Part shown: one piece after another, positions 51,057-61,986 of the stretch
Layout of the letters: each line of letters opens with the position of its first letter
How positions within the stretch are numbered: position 1 is the first letter of the stretch
NCBI GenBank assembly: GCA_002361625.1
Contig: DETL01000011.1
Coordinates: 39,407 to 103,406, forward strand
DNA: 64,000 bases
Reading direction: 5' to 3'
Origin: Bacteroidales bacterium UBA3289
Lineage (GTDB): Bacteria; Bacteroidota; Bacteroidia; Bacteroidales; UBA932
Position numbers and translations under genes: made by a program
Notes under the pieces: generated by a model
Told to the model about the DNA's origin: nothing
The model's database searches: none
The model's input: only the letters and a program-made list of their open reading frames with translations

Positions 51057-52421
51057 ATGGCGACGAAAGCGAAGACAGTCTGGTTCTGCTCGAACTGCGG
51101 CAACGAATACTCCAAGTGGATGGGCAAGTGCCCCGCCTGCGGGGAGTGGAATACGATGGTGGAAAAGGAAGTGGTCACCGGGAAGCGGCCGTTGTCTGCG
51201 ACCGTGTCCGTTCCGGGTGCTGGACGGAAGCCCATGCCCCTGAAGGACGTGTCCACGACGGCGGAGGACCGGGTCTCCCTGGGCAATCCCGAGGTGGACC
51301 GGCTCCTGGGCGGCGGCATCGTCAAGGGATCGCTTGTCCTGATGGGGGGCGAACCCGGTATCGGCAAATCCACCCTGTCCCTGCAGATCCCGCTTTCCTG
51401 CCCGAACCTCAAGGTCCTGTATGTCACGGGTGAAGAAAGCGTCAAACAGGTGAAAATGCGGGCGGACCGTCTGGGAGGAGATGCTTCCAACTGTTTGATT
51501 TACAGCGAAACGCTGATGGACAACATCCTCGCAGAGGCGGAATCTGTGGCTCCGGACCTGGTCATCGTGGACTCGGTCCAGACGATGTACAGCCAGAACG
51601 TGGAATCCACCGCCGGCTCCGTCTCGCAGGTGAAGGAAGTCGCCGCGTCGCTGCTGCGCTTCGCCAAAGGAAGCGGCATTCCCGTCATCCTCATCGGCCA
51701 TATTACGAAGGAAGGAACCATCGCCGGCCCGAAGGTCCTGGAGCACATTGTCGATGTGGTCCTCCAGTTTGAGGGCGAGAACCGGGGTGCCTACCGGGTC
51801 CTCCGGAGCATCAAGAACCGTTTCGGCTCCACCTCCGAACTGGCGGTTTTCGAAATGACCGGCGCCGGCCTCCGACCGGTGGCCAATCCGTCGGAACTCC
51901 TGATTCCGCAGCATGAGGACGGACTCAGCGGAACGGCCGTGAGCGCCATGCTGGACGGCAACCGGCCCTTCATGTTCGAGGTGCAGGCGCTGGTGTCGTC
52001 GGCCGTGTACGGGACCGCCCAGCGCAGCGCGACCGGGTTCGATGTCCGCCGCCTGAATATGCTCCTCGCGGTGTTGGAACGCCGGGCCGGCTTCAAACTC
52101 TCCCAGAAGGATGTGTTCCTGAACATGGCGGGCGGACTGCGCATTACGGACCCGGCCTGCGACCTCGCCGTCGTGGTGGCCGTCCTGTCCTCCAACTTCG
52201 ACTACGCCATCCCGAATGATGTGTGCTTTGCCGGCGAAGTGGGCCTCAGCGGCGAGATCCGGCCCGTCTCCCAAGCCGAGCGCCGGGCTGTGGAGGCTGC
52301 CCGCCTCGGTTTCCGCCGCATCTTCGTTTCCTCCTACACCCGTTTTGACCGTAAACCCGAGGGTATCGACATCGTCAAGGTGGCCGACATTCCCGCCCTC
52401 GTAAAATCCCTGTTCCGATGA
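51057..52421 (+). CDS. radA: DNA repair protein RadA/Sms
   Basis: CSNCG..CPAC Zn finger, GEPGIGKST, KNRFG. Confidence 0.97.
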   Translation: MATKAKTVWFCSNCGNEYSKWMGKCPACGEWNTMVEKEVVTGKRPLSATVSVPGAGRKPMPLKDVSTTAEDRVSLGNPEVDRLLGGGIVKGSLVLMGGEPGIGKSTLSLQIPLSCPNLKVLYVTGEESVKQVKMRADRLGGDASNCLIYSETLMDNILAEAESVAPDLVIVDSVQTMYSQNVESTAGSVSQVKEVAASLLRFAKGSGIPVILIGHITKEGTIAGPKVLEHIVDVVLQFEGENRGAYRVLRSIKNRFGSTSELAVFEMTGAGLRPVANPSELLIPQHEDGLSGTAVSAMLDGNRPFMFEVQALVSSAVYGTAQRSATGFDVRRLNMLLAVLERRAGFKLSQKDVFLNMAGGLRITDPACDLAVVVAVLSSNFDYAIPNDVCFAGEVGLSGEIRPVSQAERRAVEAARLGFRRIFVSSYTRFDRKPEGIDIVKVADIPALVKSLFR

Positions 52422-53104
52422 GCATGACGATGAGACAGATCAACCGGTACCTTTTCCCGATCCTGATCGTGGCGGCGGTGTTCCTGGCCGTCAACCGCCC
52501 GAAAGCGTTTACGCCCGAGGAGCGGACCATCATCCGGGAGTCCGATTCGGTGATGTATGTGACGGTACTGCCGGATGACAGCCTGGTCCTCCGGACTCCG
52601 AGTGCGGACCTGACTCCCGCCGAATTGAAGTCGAAAGACCTTCGGACGCTGATGGCCAAGATGCTTTCCACCGTGAAATCCCCCAAGCAGGACGGCGTGG
52701 GAATCGCCGCCCCGCAGGTGGGCATCGACAAGCGTGTCATCTGGGTGCAGCGATTCGACAAGGAGGGGAGTCCCTTCGAGTGCTACCTGAATCCGCATCT
52801 GGACAGCCTGTTCGGGGCGATGGGCAAAGGCCCGGAAGGCTGCCTGTCCGTCCCGCCCATGCGGGGGCTCGTCCCTCGGTACACCTCCGTCATTGTCTCT
52901 TATGTCGATCCTGAAACGCTTCAGCCTAAGCGCGATACCGTAACCGGCTATACCGCCGTCATCTTCCAGCACGAATGCGACCATCTGGACGGAAAGCTGT
53001 ATATCGACCGAGCCGACACTGTTTTCGTATCCCCCGCCTGGGCAGCGGAGCGGCGTGCATTCGACTATACCCGCCCCACGTGGTGGCCCAATTCCATAGA
53101 CTGA
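52418..53104 (+). CDS. def: Peptide deformylase with N-terminal hydrophobic leader
   Basis: GVGIAAPQVG, EGCLS, QHECDH. Confidence 0.9.
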   Translation: MSMTMRQINRYLFPILIVAAVFLAVNRPKAFTPEERTIIRESDSVMYVTVLPDDSLVLRTPSADLTPAELKSKDLRTLMAKMLSTVKSPKQDGVGIAAPQVGIDKRVIWVQRFDKEGSPFECYLNPHLDSLFGAMGKGPEGCLSVPPMRGLVPRYTSVIVSYVDPETLQPKRDTVTGYTAVIFQHECDHLDGKLYIDRADTVFVSPAWAAERRAFDYTRPTWWPNSID

Positions 53105-53161
53105 TATGAATAAGCCCCTCCTCCTGGCAGCGATCACCGAAATCCTTAAATCCTTATAGTT

Positions 53162-54670
53162 ATGGCTGGCAACATCTTGAAAGTGGGCTATGCAGCCTAC
53201 CCTTCGGTCAAACTGCAGAAGGTTGTGACCAACCCCGAAACCGGCGAAAAGAAACTGGCTTTCGTCAAGGAACTGATCTTCGGCGACCGGATCGTACCGA
53301 CCATCCTGAAAAGGACCGGCGACTACAGCCGGGTCCAGATCGGCGACGAGGAGTATATCCGGGTCAGCAGCCGTCGGTGCAGCGGTGTCATCCTGGAATC
53401 CCAATTGCTGCCCGACCCTGTCCTGGAGGTCAATTTCATCGACGTGGGGCAGGGGGACGGATGCCATATCGTCACGCCCGACGACCGGCATTTCCTGATC
53501 GATGCGGGGGAATCCGCCAACATGTTCCGCTTCCTCAGATGGCGGTTCAACCTGAAAGACGCCTCGGTGCCGCCGCCGCCGATGACGGTCGTGATCTCCC
53601 ATTCGGATACGGACCATTATCTGGGATTCGACGATGTCTTTCCGCCCCATGAGGGCTTGAAACAGCAGTTGTCCTTTGAGAAGGTCTATCATAACGGAAT
53701 GGTGGAGGCCTCCGGGACCGAACCGTCTTCGTTGGGAACGATCCTGGATCTGAAGGGAAAGGGGTATGACTACAATAAGTATGTCACGGACCTGTGTGAT
53801 ACGGATGAGGACTACAAGGCGCGTGTGGAAAGCCTGAGGGGGCGCAAGAAAGGAGGGATCGGGAAGTATGTCTCGGCCCTTGAACTTGTGTCCGTTCCGA
53901 AGGTCGCCTTGCGGAGAGGCTCCGCGCCCATCTATGACGACTGCGGCTTGAAGATCGAAGTCATGGGCCCTGTCGCGGAGCAGATCGACGGAAAGGACGC
54001 CCTGCCGTATTTTGGCTCGCCCGCCGAAACCAAGAACGGTCATTCGGTCATCCTCAAACTGACCATGGGTCATCTGAAGATCCTGCTGGGTGGGGACCTG
54101 AATACCAAGTCGGAGTACTATCTGATCAAGAAGTATTCGGGGATCGACATCAAGAAAATCAAGGCTGAGCTGAAGAAGAAGACACTGTCCCCCGCGAAGC
54201 GGGCGGAGTATGAAGCCCAGATGGCGGAAGCCATCGAAAAAGCCCGGGAATTCCTGCAGGTGGACATCGCAAAATCCTGTCACCATGGAAGTTCCGACTT
54301 CTCGACCGAATTCCTGCAGGTCCTCAATCCGATTGCGACGGTCATCTCCAGCGGGGACGACGAGCCTTACGCACATCCCCGTCCCGATACCTTGGGGACG
54401 ATCGGCAAGTACAGCCGCGGGGAACGCTCCCTGATCTTTTCCACCGAGCTGGCCCGGTCGGGCAAGGAGTTCGTCGATCTGTCAAAACAGAAGGAGACCG
54501 ACGCGACGCTGGAGCGGGTGGTGACGGTCTATGGCATGATCAACGTCCGGACGGACGGAGAGAAGGTCATCATCGCCCAGAAACTCGAAAGAGTCGTCAG
54601 CTCGACGAACTGGGACATCCACCGGCTGGAATGGGACGAAGAGGCGGGCGAATTCCGCTATGTGATGTAA
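53162..54670 (+). CDS. Stand-alone ComEC/Rec2-like metallo-beta-lactamase-fold hydrolase
   Basis: FIDVGQGD, SHSDTDH, LLGGD, HHGS, YAHP; no membrane domain. Confidence 0.82.
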   Translation: MAGNILKVGYAAYPSVKLQKVVTNPETGEKKLAFVKELIFGDRIVPTILKRTGDYSRVQIGDEEYIRVSSRRCSGVILESQLLPDPVLEVNFIDVGQGDGCHIVTPDDRHFLIDAGESANMFRFLRWRFNLKDASVPPPPMTVVISHSDTDHYLGFDDVFPPHEGLKQQLSFEKVYHNGMVEASGTEPSSLGTILDLKGKGYDYNKYVTDLCDTDEDYKARVESLRGRKKGGIGKYVSALELVSVPKVALRRGSAPIYDDCGLKIEVMGPVAEQIDGKDALPYFGSPAETKNGHSVILKLTMGHLKILLGGDLNTKSEYYLIKKYSGIDIKKIKAELKKKTLSPAKRAEYEAQMAEAIEKAREFLQVDIAKSCHHGSSDFSTEFLQVLNPIATVISSGDDEPYAHPRPDTLGTIGKYSRGERSLIFSTELARSGKEFVDLSKQKETDATLERVVTVYGMINVRTDGEKVIIAQKLERVVSSTNWDIHRLEWDEEAGEFRYVM

Positions 54671-55533
54671 CGCCCCTGCCAAGTGTCGCGTTCGCGCAGG
54701 CGGGCTTCCAGCAGGGCGGATAGCGCTGTGGCTTTGACACCCCAGCCGGGGACGGCAAGATAGCGGGGCGGGACGCTGGCGGCAAGGCGGCCTACGGCGA
54801 TATCCGGCCGCAGCCGCTCGATCAGACCGGCCAGCAGGTCGATGTATTCCGGAAGCGACCACCGGACGAAATCCCCGGGCCTTTCGGCGAATTCCGCAGC
54901 CATGGGCGTCCCTTTCAGAATCTGCAGCTGGTGGAATTTGACCGTGTCCAGGGGGAGGGCGTTGATGTGTGCGACATCCTCCAGCAGCGTTTCCCGCGTT
55001 TCCCCGGGCAGTCCCAGGATCCAATGCCCGCCCACCGGGATTCCCCGTGCGGCCGTTTCCCGCAGGGCCCGTTCCGTGCAGGCGAAATCATGCCCGCGGT
55101 GCACCCGCCGAAGGGTTTCATCCCGGCAGGACTCGATCCCGTACTCCATCCGTACACAGCCCAGCGAGGCGATGTAGTCCAGTTTCTCTGCATTCACGCA
55201 ATCCGGTCGCGTGCCGATGACGAGGCCCTCGACCGCCGGGTGCGCCAGCGCTTCCCCGTACACGGCCTTCAGTCGATCAAGGGAAGCAAAGGTATTGGAA
55301 AATGACTGGAAATAAGCCAGATAAGGTCCCTGTGTCCGGCCTCTGGCCGCATGGAAGGCAATCCCCTCGTCAATCTGCTGCGTGATGCTTTTGGACGGTA
55401 CGCTGTACGAAGGATGGAACGCAGCGTTGTCACAGAACGTACACCGGCCGTGCGGACACGTGAAACCCGCGTCCACGACCAGCTTCTGCCCTGGCTCCCT
55501 GGCCGCGCGATATCGTCTTCCTTCAAGGTCCAT
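54658..55533 (-). CDS. TIGR01212/YhcC-family radical SAM protein
   Basis: DAGFTCP..CTFC, YFQSFSNT, GTRPDC, KFHQLQI. Confidence 0.88.
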   Translation of the reverse strand: MDLEGRRYRAAREPGQKLVVDAGFTCPHGRCTFCDNAAFHPSYSVPSKSITQQIDEGIAFHAARGRTQGPYLAYFQSFSNTFASLDRLKAVYGEALAHPAVEGLVIGTRPDCVNAEKLDYIASLGCVRMEYGIESCRDETLRRVHRGHDFACTERALRETAARGIPVGGHWILGLPGETRETLLEDVAHINALPLDTVKFHQLQILKGTPMAAEFAERPGDFVRWSLPEYIDLLAGLIERLRPDIAVGRLAASVPPRYLAVPGWGVKATALSALLEARLRERDTWQGRYIT

Positions 55534-55688
55534 GGGACAAAGTTAATAAGGGAACGGGGTTATTCCAAACCTCAGGACATCACCCGGGATCATTTGCAGT
55601 TGCGACACCTTCTACCATTGGGGAGCGTTGCTGGGATAGTGGTTTCCTTTCTGGAAAATGACTATATTTGGGGAAATAAGCCCCGGAA

Positions 55689-56750
55689 ATGAATATCAGA
55701 ACCTCCCTTCTCTCACTTGCGGCCATTCTCATCACCTCAACCAGCACTCTCGCCCAGGAGCAACCGAGCCGCCATGCGGTACCTGGACAGCGGTATCTTA
55801 AGGAATATTGGGGGCAACCGGAGCTGTACCTCCAGCATCAGGCTTACTTCATGTTGGATCTCGCGGACAAAGCCTTCAACGAGAATCCTCCTTCTTTGGA
55901 CATAAACAGGGAGCGGGAGATGGCCATGCTGATGCTGGATGCCGTCACCCATGAACCGGCCCCGATCGACAACCCCGCCGTGGTGGACTACCTCTCCCGG
56001 AGGATGAACCGTGTCCTGGAGGATCTGGATAAGCCCCTCAAAGGGCGGAAGTCATTGAGGATATATAAGTTATACAACTGCGGGATTCTGTTCCGCACCC
56101 GGGACCTGACCGTCGCGATTGATCTGAACGGCCGTGACGGGAAACTCATCCCGGACGAGATCATGAGGAAGATCGTCGGCCACGTCGATGTCCTGTTCTA
56201 CACCCACAACCATTCCGACCATTTCGACAACCGCGTCCGCGACTTCTGCCACGAGGCAGGAGTGCCGATCTACGCCACTGACGAGATATTCCGGAACGAC
56301 ACCCAGGTCAACCATGTCCGCAAGGATGATCTCTACGCCTTCGATATCGAGCTCCCCAAAGGGAACATCACCGTCCATGTCCTGCCCGGTCACCAGGACG
56401 CGGTCCAGAACAACATCTGGATCGTCACCCTCCCCAACGGCAAGGTCGTCGGAGCCACCGGAGACCAGTGGAGGAGCGCGGGCGAAGACCTCGAGTGGAT
56501 GAAGGATATCCATTCAAGGCTCCCCCGGATCGATGTCCTCTCGATAGACTGCTGGATCCACGATTTCGACGAGCATGTCGCCGACTTCAATCCCCGCCTG
56601 GTCGTCTCCCAGCACGAGAATGAGATCGGAGGCCACGGCATCGACCACCGGGAGGCCTATTGGATGACGATGTTCAAGAACAGGGCCGTCCATCAGAGCC
56701 CAGTCCCCCGGCTCCTCATGACTTGGGGCGAATGGTATGATTATAAATAA
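55689..56750 (+). CDS. Exported MBL-fold metallohydrolase
   Basis: Signal peptide; THNHSDH. Confidence 0.75.
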   Translation: MNIRTSLLSLAAILITSTSTLAQEQPSRHAVPGQRYLKEYWGQPELYLQHQAYFMLDLADKAFNENPPSLDINREREMAMLMLDAVTHEPAPIDNPAVVDYLSRRMNRVLEDLDKPLKGRKSLRIYKLYNCGILFRTRDLTVAIDLNGRDGKLIPDEIMRKIVGHVDVLFYTHNHSDHFDNRVRDFCHEAGVPIYATDEIFRNDTQVNHVRKDDLYAFDIELPKGNITVHVLPGHQDAVQNNIWIVTLPNGKVVGATGDQWRSAGEDLEWMKDIHSRLPRIDVLSIDCWIHDFDEHVADFNPRLVVSQHENEIGGHGIDHREAYWMTMFKNRAVHQSPVPRLLMTWGEWYDYK

Positions 56751-56762
56751 GATAGTTTTTTA

Positions 56763-58916
56763 ATGAAAAGATTGTTCCTCCTCATTCTGTCCTTTTGCGC
56801 CACCTTTGCCATAAGCCTGGCCGCCAAGGATTCCTCTACCCAAAAGGCATCGAAGGATTGGTTGATTGACGGGAGCCGGTTTGTCTCCAAGGTTGAACAG
56901 TCCGCCGACGGGAAGGACGTGATCCTGACCAACGGCCTTGTCAGCAGGGTTTTCCGGATTACGCCCAACCTCGCTACCACAAACATCATCAATGAGATGA
57001 CCGGAGAGACGATGCTTCGTACAGCATGCTCGGAAGGAACCCTGACAATCAACGGAAGGGACTATCCTCTCGGCGGACTCCAGGGAATCGAAGAGAGAGG
57101 CTACATGCTCCCCGAATGGATCGACCAGATGAAATCCCCGGACAATTCCTTCCAAGTGACCGGCTGGACAGTAACGGAACTCAAACCCAGGATGGAGTGG
57201 AACCGCAAGCGCTGGGCCCTGGTCAAGGAATGGGATCCCAAAGGCAAGGAACTGATATTCACCCTTGAAGGCCCAGAGGAAGTCAAAGGAGTCAAGGCCG
57301 AGCTGCACTTTGAGATCTATGACGGTGCCCCGATCATAGGGAAGTGGCTGATAATCAAGAATGAGACGGGGGCCGCAATCGAACTGGACAAGTTCTCTCT
57401 CGAAGAGCTCGCCTTCGTGGAGTACGAGTCGGACGTGGACCATACCCCGGCCTCTTCAAGAAACGCGATCCACATCGAGAGCGACTGGGCACAAGTCTCC
57501 TGCGGGACCACCTTCTGGGGAACCGATCCGAAATATACCTCACAGGTGAATTACGGTCTGCAGACAGAGTGTTTCCTGACCGTGAAGCTACCCAACAACG
57601 GCCCGGATCAGGAGATCCGGCCGGGCGGGACTTTCACCAGTTTCCGCAACTGGATGATGCCTTTCGACAGCCAGGACAAGGAACGGAAGGGATTGTTTGT
57701 GAGACACTTCAAGCGTTTGCTTGCTCCTTGGACAACAGAGAATCCGATATTCATGCACCTCACCTCGACCAAGCCCGAGGATATCAGGACCGCGATAGAC
57801 CAGTGCGCCGAAACGGGCTACGAGATGATCATCCTGAGTTTCGGCTCCGGACTCGACATGGAGGACGAATCGCCCGAGAATATAGCCAGGTTCAGGGAAT
57901 TTGTCGAACTGTCCCATTCGAAAGGAATCGAGATCGGAGGATATTCCCTTCTCGCCAGCCGCTGGATCAGCGACGATGTGGACATCATCAACCCCACGAC
58001 CGGCAAGCGCGGGGGCATGACTTTCGGCAGCTCGCCCTGCCTCTCCAGCGAGTGGGGCCATGAATACTTCCGCAAGATCCGGTCCTTCTTCGAGAAGACC
58101 GGGATGGATGTGTTCGAGCACGACGGCTCCTATTCGGGAGACCCCTGCGCCTCGACCACCCATGCCTTCCACAAGGGTCTGGAGGACTCGCAGTGGACCC
58201 AGCGGGGCATGCTTGAGGATACTTACAAGTGGATGAGAGCCACTGGAATATACATGAATGTCCCCGACATGGGGACGATGCTGATCGGTTCAAGCAAGTG
58301 CGGTGTCGGTTACCGTGAAGTCAACTGGTCGCTCCCCAGAGACAGGCAGATCATCCTGGGGCGGCAGAACATCTTTGACGGCACCTGGAAGAGAAACCCC
58401 GGAGACGGATGGACTTTCACTCCCCTCGTGCAGTACCATGGAGGCGGGGCGGCCGCCACGCTGGAGCCGCTTGACGAGCATCTTGACGCCTACAAGGCCC
58501 ACATGATCCAGAATTACGGCTCCGGAGTCCAGTCCTGCTACAGGGGCTTCCGCCTTTACGACACCGACAGGACCAAGGAAGCGGTCAAAGAGATCATCGC
58601 CTGGTACAAGGAGCATAGGGAGATTCTCAACAGTGACATCATACATCTTCGCCGCCCCGATGGACGGGACTGGGACGGGATCATGCATGTCAACCCCAGC
58701 CTCGAGGAGAAAGGCTTCGTCATGCTGTACAACCCTACCGGAGAGGAAATTACCCGCACGATCTCCCTGCCGCTCTACTACACCGGACTGACCAGGATGG
58801 CGAGAATCTCAGAGCGTGGCGGCAAGGCCCGCAGCGTCCGTCTCGACAGAGAATACAATGCCGAGGTGAAAGTTACCATCCCCGCCCGCGGTTACACCTG
58901 GCTAGTTATCAAATAA
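56763..58916 (+). CDS. Putative alpha-galactosidase (GH36-like), exported
   Basis: Signal peptide; PWTTENPIFMH, FEHDGSY; family by recollection. Confidence 0.65.
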   Translation: MKRLFLLILSFCATFAISLAAKDSSTQKASKDWLIDGSRFVSKVEQSADGKDVILTNGLVSRVFRITPNLATTNIINEMTGETMLRTACSEGTLTINGRDYPLGGLQGIEERGYMLPEWIDQMKSPDNSFQVTGWTVTELKPRMEWNRKRWALVKEWDPKGKELIFTLEGPEEVKGVKAELHFEIYDGAPIIGKWLIIKNETGAAIELDKFSLEELAFVEYESDVDHTPASSRNAIHIESDWAQVSCGTTFWGTDPKYTSQVNYGLQTECFLTVKLPNNGPDQEIRPGGTFTSFRNWMMPFDSQDKERKGLFVRHFKRLLAPWTTENPIFMHLTSTKPEDIRTAIDQCAETGYEMIILSFGSGLDMEDESPENIARFREFVELSHSKGIEIGGYSLLASRWISDDVDIINPTTGKRGGMTFGSSPCLSSEWGHEYFRKIRSFFEKTGMDVFEHDGSYSGDPCASTTHAFHKGLEDSQWTQRGMLEDTYKWMRATGIYMNVPDMGTMLIGSSKCGVGYREVNWSLPRDRQIILGRQNIFDGTWKRNPGDGWTFTPLVQYHGGGAAATLEPLDEHLDAYKAHMIQNYGSGVQSCYRGFRLYDTDRTKEAVKEIIAWYKEHREILNSDIIHLRRPDGRDWDGIMHVNPSLEEKGFVMLYNPTGEEITRTISLPLYYTGLTRMARISERGGKARSVRLDREYNAEVKVTIPARGYTWLVIK

Positions 58917-59015
58917 TCCCAAGACCGAAGAGAAACCGCCAAAACTGGCTGGAAGGTCGGATACATTCTCACATGCGGGCGATTGCCGAGGTCCCCTGAT
59001 ATAGATGATACAACC

Positions 59016-60281
59016 ATGAGAAAGTCTGTTTTCACTCCTGTCTTTTGCTTGTTGATGTTGCTTCTGGTGGCAGCAATGCCTGGCTGTACGAAGAAGACGG
59101 CTGAATCGAACGTCCCCGAGCTGATCTCATTCGATGTAGAGTCCGGCCCTTTTTCTGCCACGATGGAAGCGAAGTTCACCCACCCGGAGCGCGTTTTGAA
59201 TCCGGTTTTCCGCCTCTGGGAGACCGGAGGGAAGAGCGCAGCCGTCACTTGCCCGGCGACGGTTTCCGGGAATGTCTTCAGAGGGCAGTTCGGGGATCTT
59301 CGCCCCAATGTCCGCTACCACTGTGGCATTTCCTGGTCCACCTCTGCACTCCCCAACTGGGAATCGCCGACCTTCGATTTCGATGCGAAACCCTATCCCA
59401 TGCCGGTTGTCCGGCTGTTGTCCATTGAAGCGGGCGCCTATGATGCCGTCGTTCGATTCCGCTTCGACCAGGAGGAGTATCTGCGGAATTATTACTGCTA
59501 CTGTTGGATAGAGGGAACGCAAGGCGCCTACAACAAAGCCAGGACGGAATTCGAAAAGGAGGGCGATGAATATGTGTGCAGGATTACGGAACTTATTCCG
59601 GAATCATTTTATGAATTCCATGTCGATTATTCCAATCTGGGAGCGATTGGAGAAAGGTTCACGACGCGGTTCCTGACTCTTCCGCCTCCATACACAGTCA
59701 ACGTGGAACAAGTGGTGAAGCCCTCCTACACCTCGGCCGTCCTTTCCGCGACATTTGATGCGGACATCACATACACACCCTGTGGGATCATGTTCAATCG
59801 GAACAGCTCCATGGAAATCTGGGAGGACTATCCGCTCACGCCCAACGACGACCGGATCGAGGTGGAAGTCACCGACCTGATGTGGTATCAGGTGTATGGT
59901 TTCTATGTTTATTACACGGTGGAAGGGGAGATTCACAAGACTGATTTGACATCCTTTTACCCGCTGATCGTGCCTGCGCCACAGCTCTCCTCCCTACAAT
60001 ATGAGATCCAGGGACGCTCCGTTGTCCTTCAGGCCGAGATTTCCCCTGTCGAAAACCTGTCGGGCTCTGGATTCATCCTCTTGGACGAGCACGCAATCCT
60101 TCCCGACGGTCATGAGACCTGGAGAGCGCTGCAAGTGGAGGTACCCCCTCAGGGCGGAAAACTGTACTACGTCTGGGAATCTCTCGTTCCGGGGATGGAG
60201 TATGGATTCCAGGCCTACGGTCGGAACGTTTCCGGACTCAAGTACTCGGACATCATTTACTTCACGCTTCCGCCGGAGTAG
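59016..60281 (+). CDS. Lipoprotein with repeated Fn3-like beta-sandwich modules
   Basis: MPGC lipobox; repeats of L.P..Y.F (LRPNVRY, LIPESFY, LVPGMEY). Confidence 0.65.
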   Translation: MRKSVFTPVFCLLMLLLVAAMPGCTKKTAESNVPELISFDVESGPFSATMEAKFTHPERVLNPVFRLWETGGKSAAVTCPATVSGNVFRGQFGDLRPNVRYHCGISWSTSALPNWESPTFDFDAKPYPMPVVRLLSIEAGAYDAVVRFRFDQEEYLRNYYCYCWIEGTQGAYNKARTEFEKEGDEYVCRITELIPESFYEFHVDYSNLGAIGERFTTRFLTLPPPYTVNVEQVVKPSYTSAVLSATFDADITYTPCGIMFNRNSSMEIWEDYPLTPNDDRIEVEVTDLMWYQVYGFYVYYTVEGEIHKTDLTSFYPLIVPAPQLSSLQYEIQGRSVVLQAEISPVENLSGSGFILLDEHAILPDGHETWRALQVEVPPQGGKLYYVWESLVPGMEYGFQAYGRNVSGLKYSDIIYFTLPPE

Positions 60282-60299
60282 GACGCGTATTCCGTTTTT

Positions 60300-60569
60300 T
60301 CATTGTTCATCTGCTTTCGGGAAAGGCACGTAATATCCAGGATAAATCGCCACGTCTGTTTTGTAATTCTTACCGTCTTTAGGGGATTTCATATGCAGTT
60401 GGTAACAATTTGATACCAACTCAAAATCTTCTGTAATCAGCCGGCCTTTCAATACTTTCCAGTATTTTCTGGCACCGTCATAGTCTGGCTGCTCAGTTAA
60501 AACACCACACACATCCACAATAGAGAAAAACCATTCCTGTTTCTCTTCATCCCATGCTGTCCGTACCTT
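60300..60569 (-). pseudogene. Bro-N gene remnant (start lost, internal deletion)
   Basis: KVRTAWDEEKQEWFFSIVDV..RKYWKVLK joined to a PFPKADEQ* tail like that of 61987-62838; in-frame TAG upstream. Confidence 0.75.
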
Positions 60570-60641
60570 CTAGTTCTCTAATCCAAAAGCAAGGCTGATG
60601 CAAATCATTGCAAGGTAGGATTGGGACATTATCTGCAATCT

Positions 60642-61700
60642 TCAAGAATTTGTTTTCTTGCCATATTGAGCAGAGACATCCTCAAGAAGCAGGAAACGGT
60701 CGAAGTCGCTCTGATAAAGCCGGTCTTGGATGATACGGTATTTTTCCCATTCAGTTTCTGCGTGTATTCTAGCCATTTCAGCACTTACCTTTCCGGAGTC
60801 TGCAAGAACCTCACGGTCCATAAGGGTCAGAAAGCCGTTGAGCCGGGTTTCCCAGTCTTCCATTGTCATGGGAATGTGTCTGCGGGCCATGCTCTCAGCC
60901 AAGTCCAGATAGGCCGATACCATCCGGCTCAACTGTCCCAATTCGTCCTCATTCAGGTAATTCTTGGCGATGGTTGTGTCTGATTTCCGGACCTTGCCGC
61001 CTGGAGCATCCGCCCATGTCGTGAGGCCCATGTGCTCTTTGTCGGCATCCGCCCTTTCCATGATGAGTTCCGCAGCGGTGTGTCCGTGAATGGCATAGTG
61101 GAGCTTATTCTGGACAGTTGCGTAAAAGCGAATCGTGGCAGGTGCTTGGGGATCATAATCAAGCGAGGTGGCGTAAATGTCTGTTATTTTCTGGTAAAAC
61201 TTGCGCTCGCTCATACGGATTTCCCGGATTCTCTCCAACTGCGCGTCGAAATACTTGTCCGTCAAGAAACCGCCTTCCTTAAGCCGGACGTCGTCCATCA
61301 CCCAGCCTTTGATGGTATAGTCCTTGACAATGGCATTGGCCCACTTGCGGAACTGGACGGCGCGTTCATTGTTGACTTTGAAGCCCACGGCAATAATCAT
61401 CTGAAGATTATAGTGCAACGTATCTCGATGGACCAAGCGATTACCTTCCTGTTGAACTATCCGAAAATTTCGGATAGTTGAGTCCTTAATCAACTCGCCG
61501 TCGCGATAGATCTTTTCTATATGATCATTTACTGTGCGGGTATCTACTCCGTACAACTCGGCCATCAGCCGTTGTGTGAGCCAGATATTCTCGTCTTCAT
61601 ACCTTAGTTCGACACTTAGCGGCTGATCTCCGACAGAGGCAATATAAGTAAGATACTCTGCTGCACTGGAACGAAGGGTTATTTCCTTTTTCTTTGACAT
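60642..61700 (-). CDS. rhuM: RhuM-family DNA-binding protein
   Basis: IWLTQRLMAELY, YNLQMIIAVGFKVN, FRKWA, RIREIRMSERKFYQKITD. Confidence 0.88.
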   Translation of the reverse strand: MSKKKEITLRSSAAEYLTYIASVGDQPLSVELRYEDENIWLTQRLMAELYGVDTRTVNDHIEKIYRDGELIKDSTIRNFRIVQQEGNRLVHRDTLHYNLQMIIAVGFKVNNERAVQFRKWANAIVKDYTIKGWVMDDVRLKEGGFLTDKYFDAQLERIREIRMSERKFYQKITDIYATSLDYDPQAPATIRFYATVQNKLHYAIHGHTAAELIMERADADKEHMGLTTWADAPGGKVRKSDTTIAKNYLNEDELGQLSRMVSAYLDLAESMARRHIPMTMEDWETRLNGFLTLMDREVLADSGKVSAEMARIHAETEWEKYRIIQDRLYQSDFDRFLLLEDVSAQYGKKTNS

Positions 61701-61818
61701 TAGCCTCAACGTTTTCTACAAAGATAATCCAATTGCTCTGTGAATCCAAATCGTTGCAAGACACAGCTGTCGGACAATGGCTCAGAATAATAGGGTTATT
61801 ACAGAAGAGCACACGGGT

Positions 61819-61852
61819 TTGTCATTCTGAGGAACGAAGCAACGAAGAATCT
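61819..61852. repeat. REP-like short palindromic element
   Basis: TTGTCATTCTGAGGAACGAAGCAACGAAGAATCT resembles GTCATTCTGAGCGAAGCGAAGAATC-type intergenic repeats; single copy here. Confidence 0.4.
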
Positions 61853-61986
61853 GAAAAAAATTGTTATCTTTGCACCGAATTAAAACAGAATAACAATGAC
61901 TCTTCGTGACATCAAGAAAGGTCATAAAGAATTGTAATGACTGATGTCGGGATATATCGAAACAGGCCGCGGTGAAGCGGCCTGTT

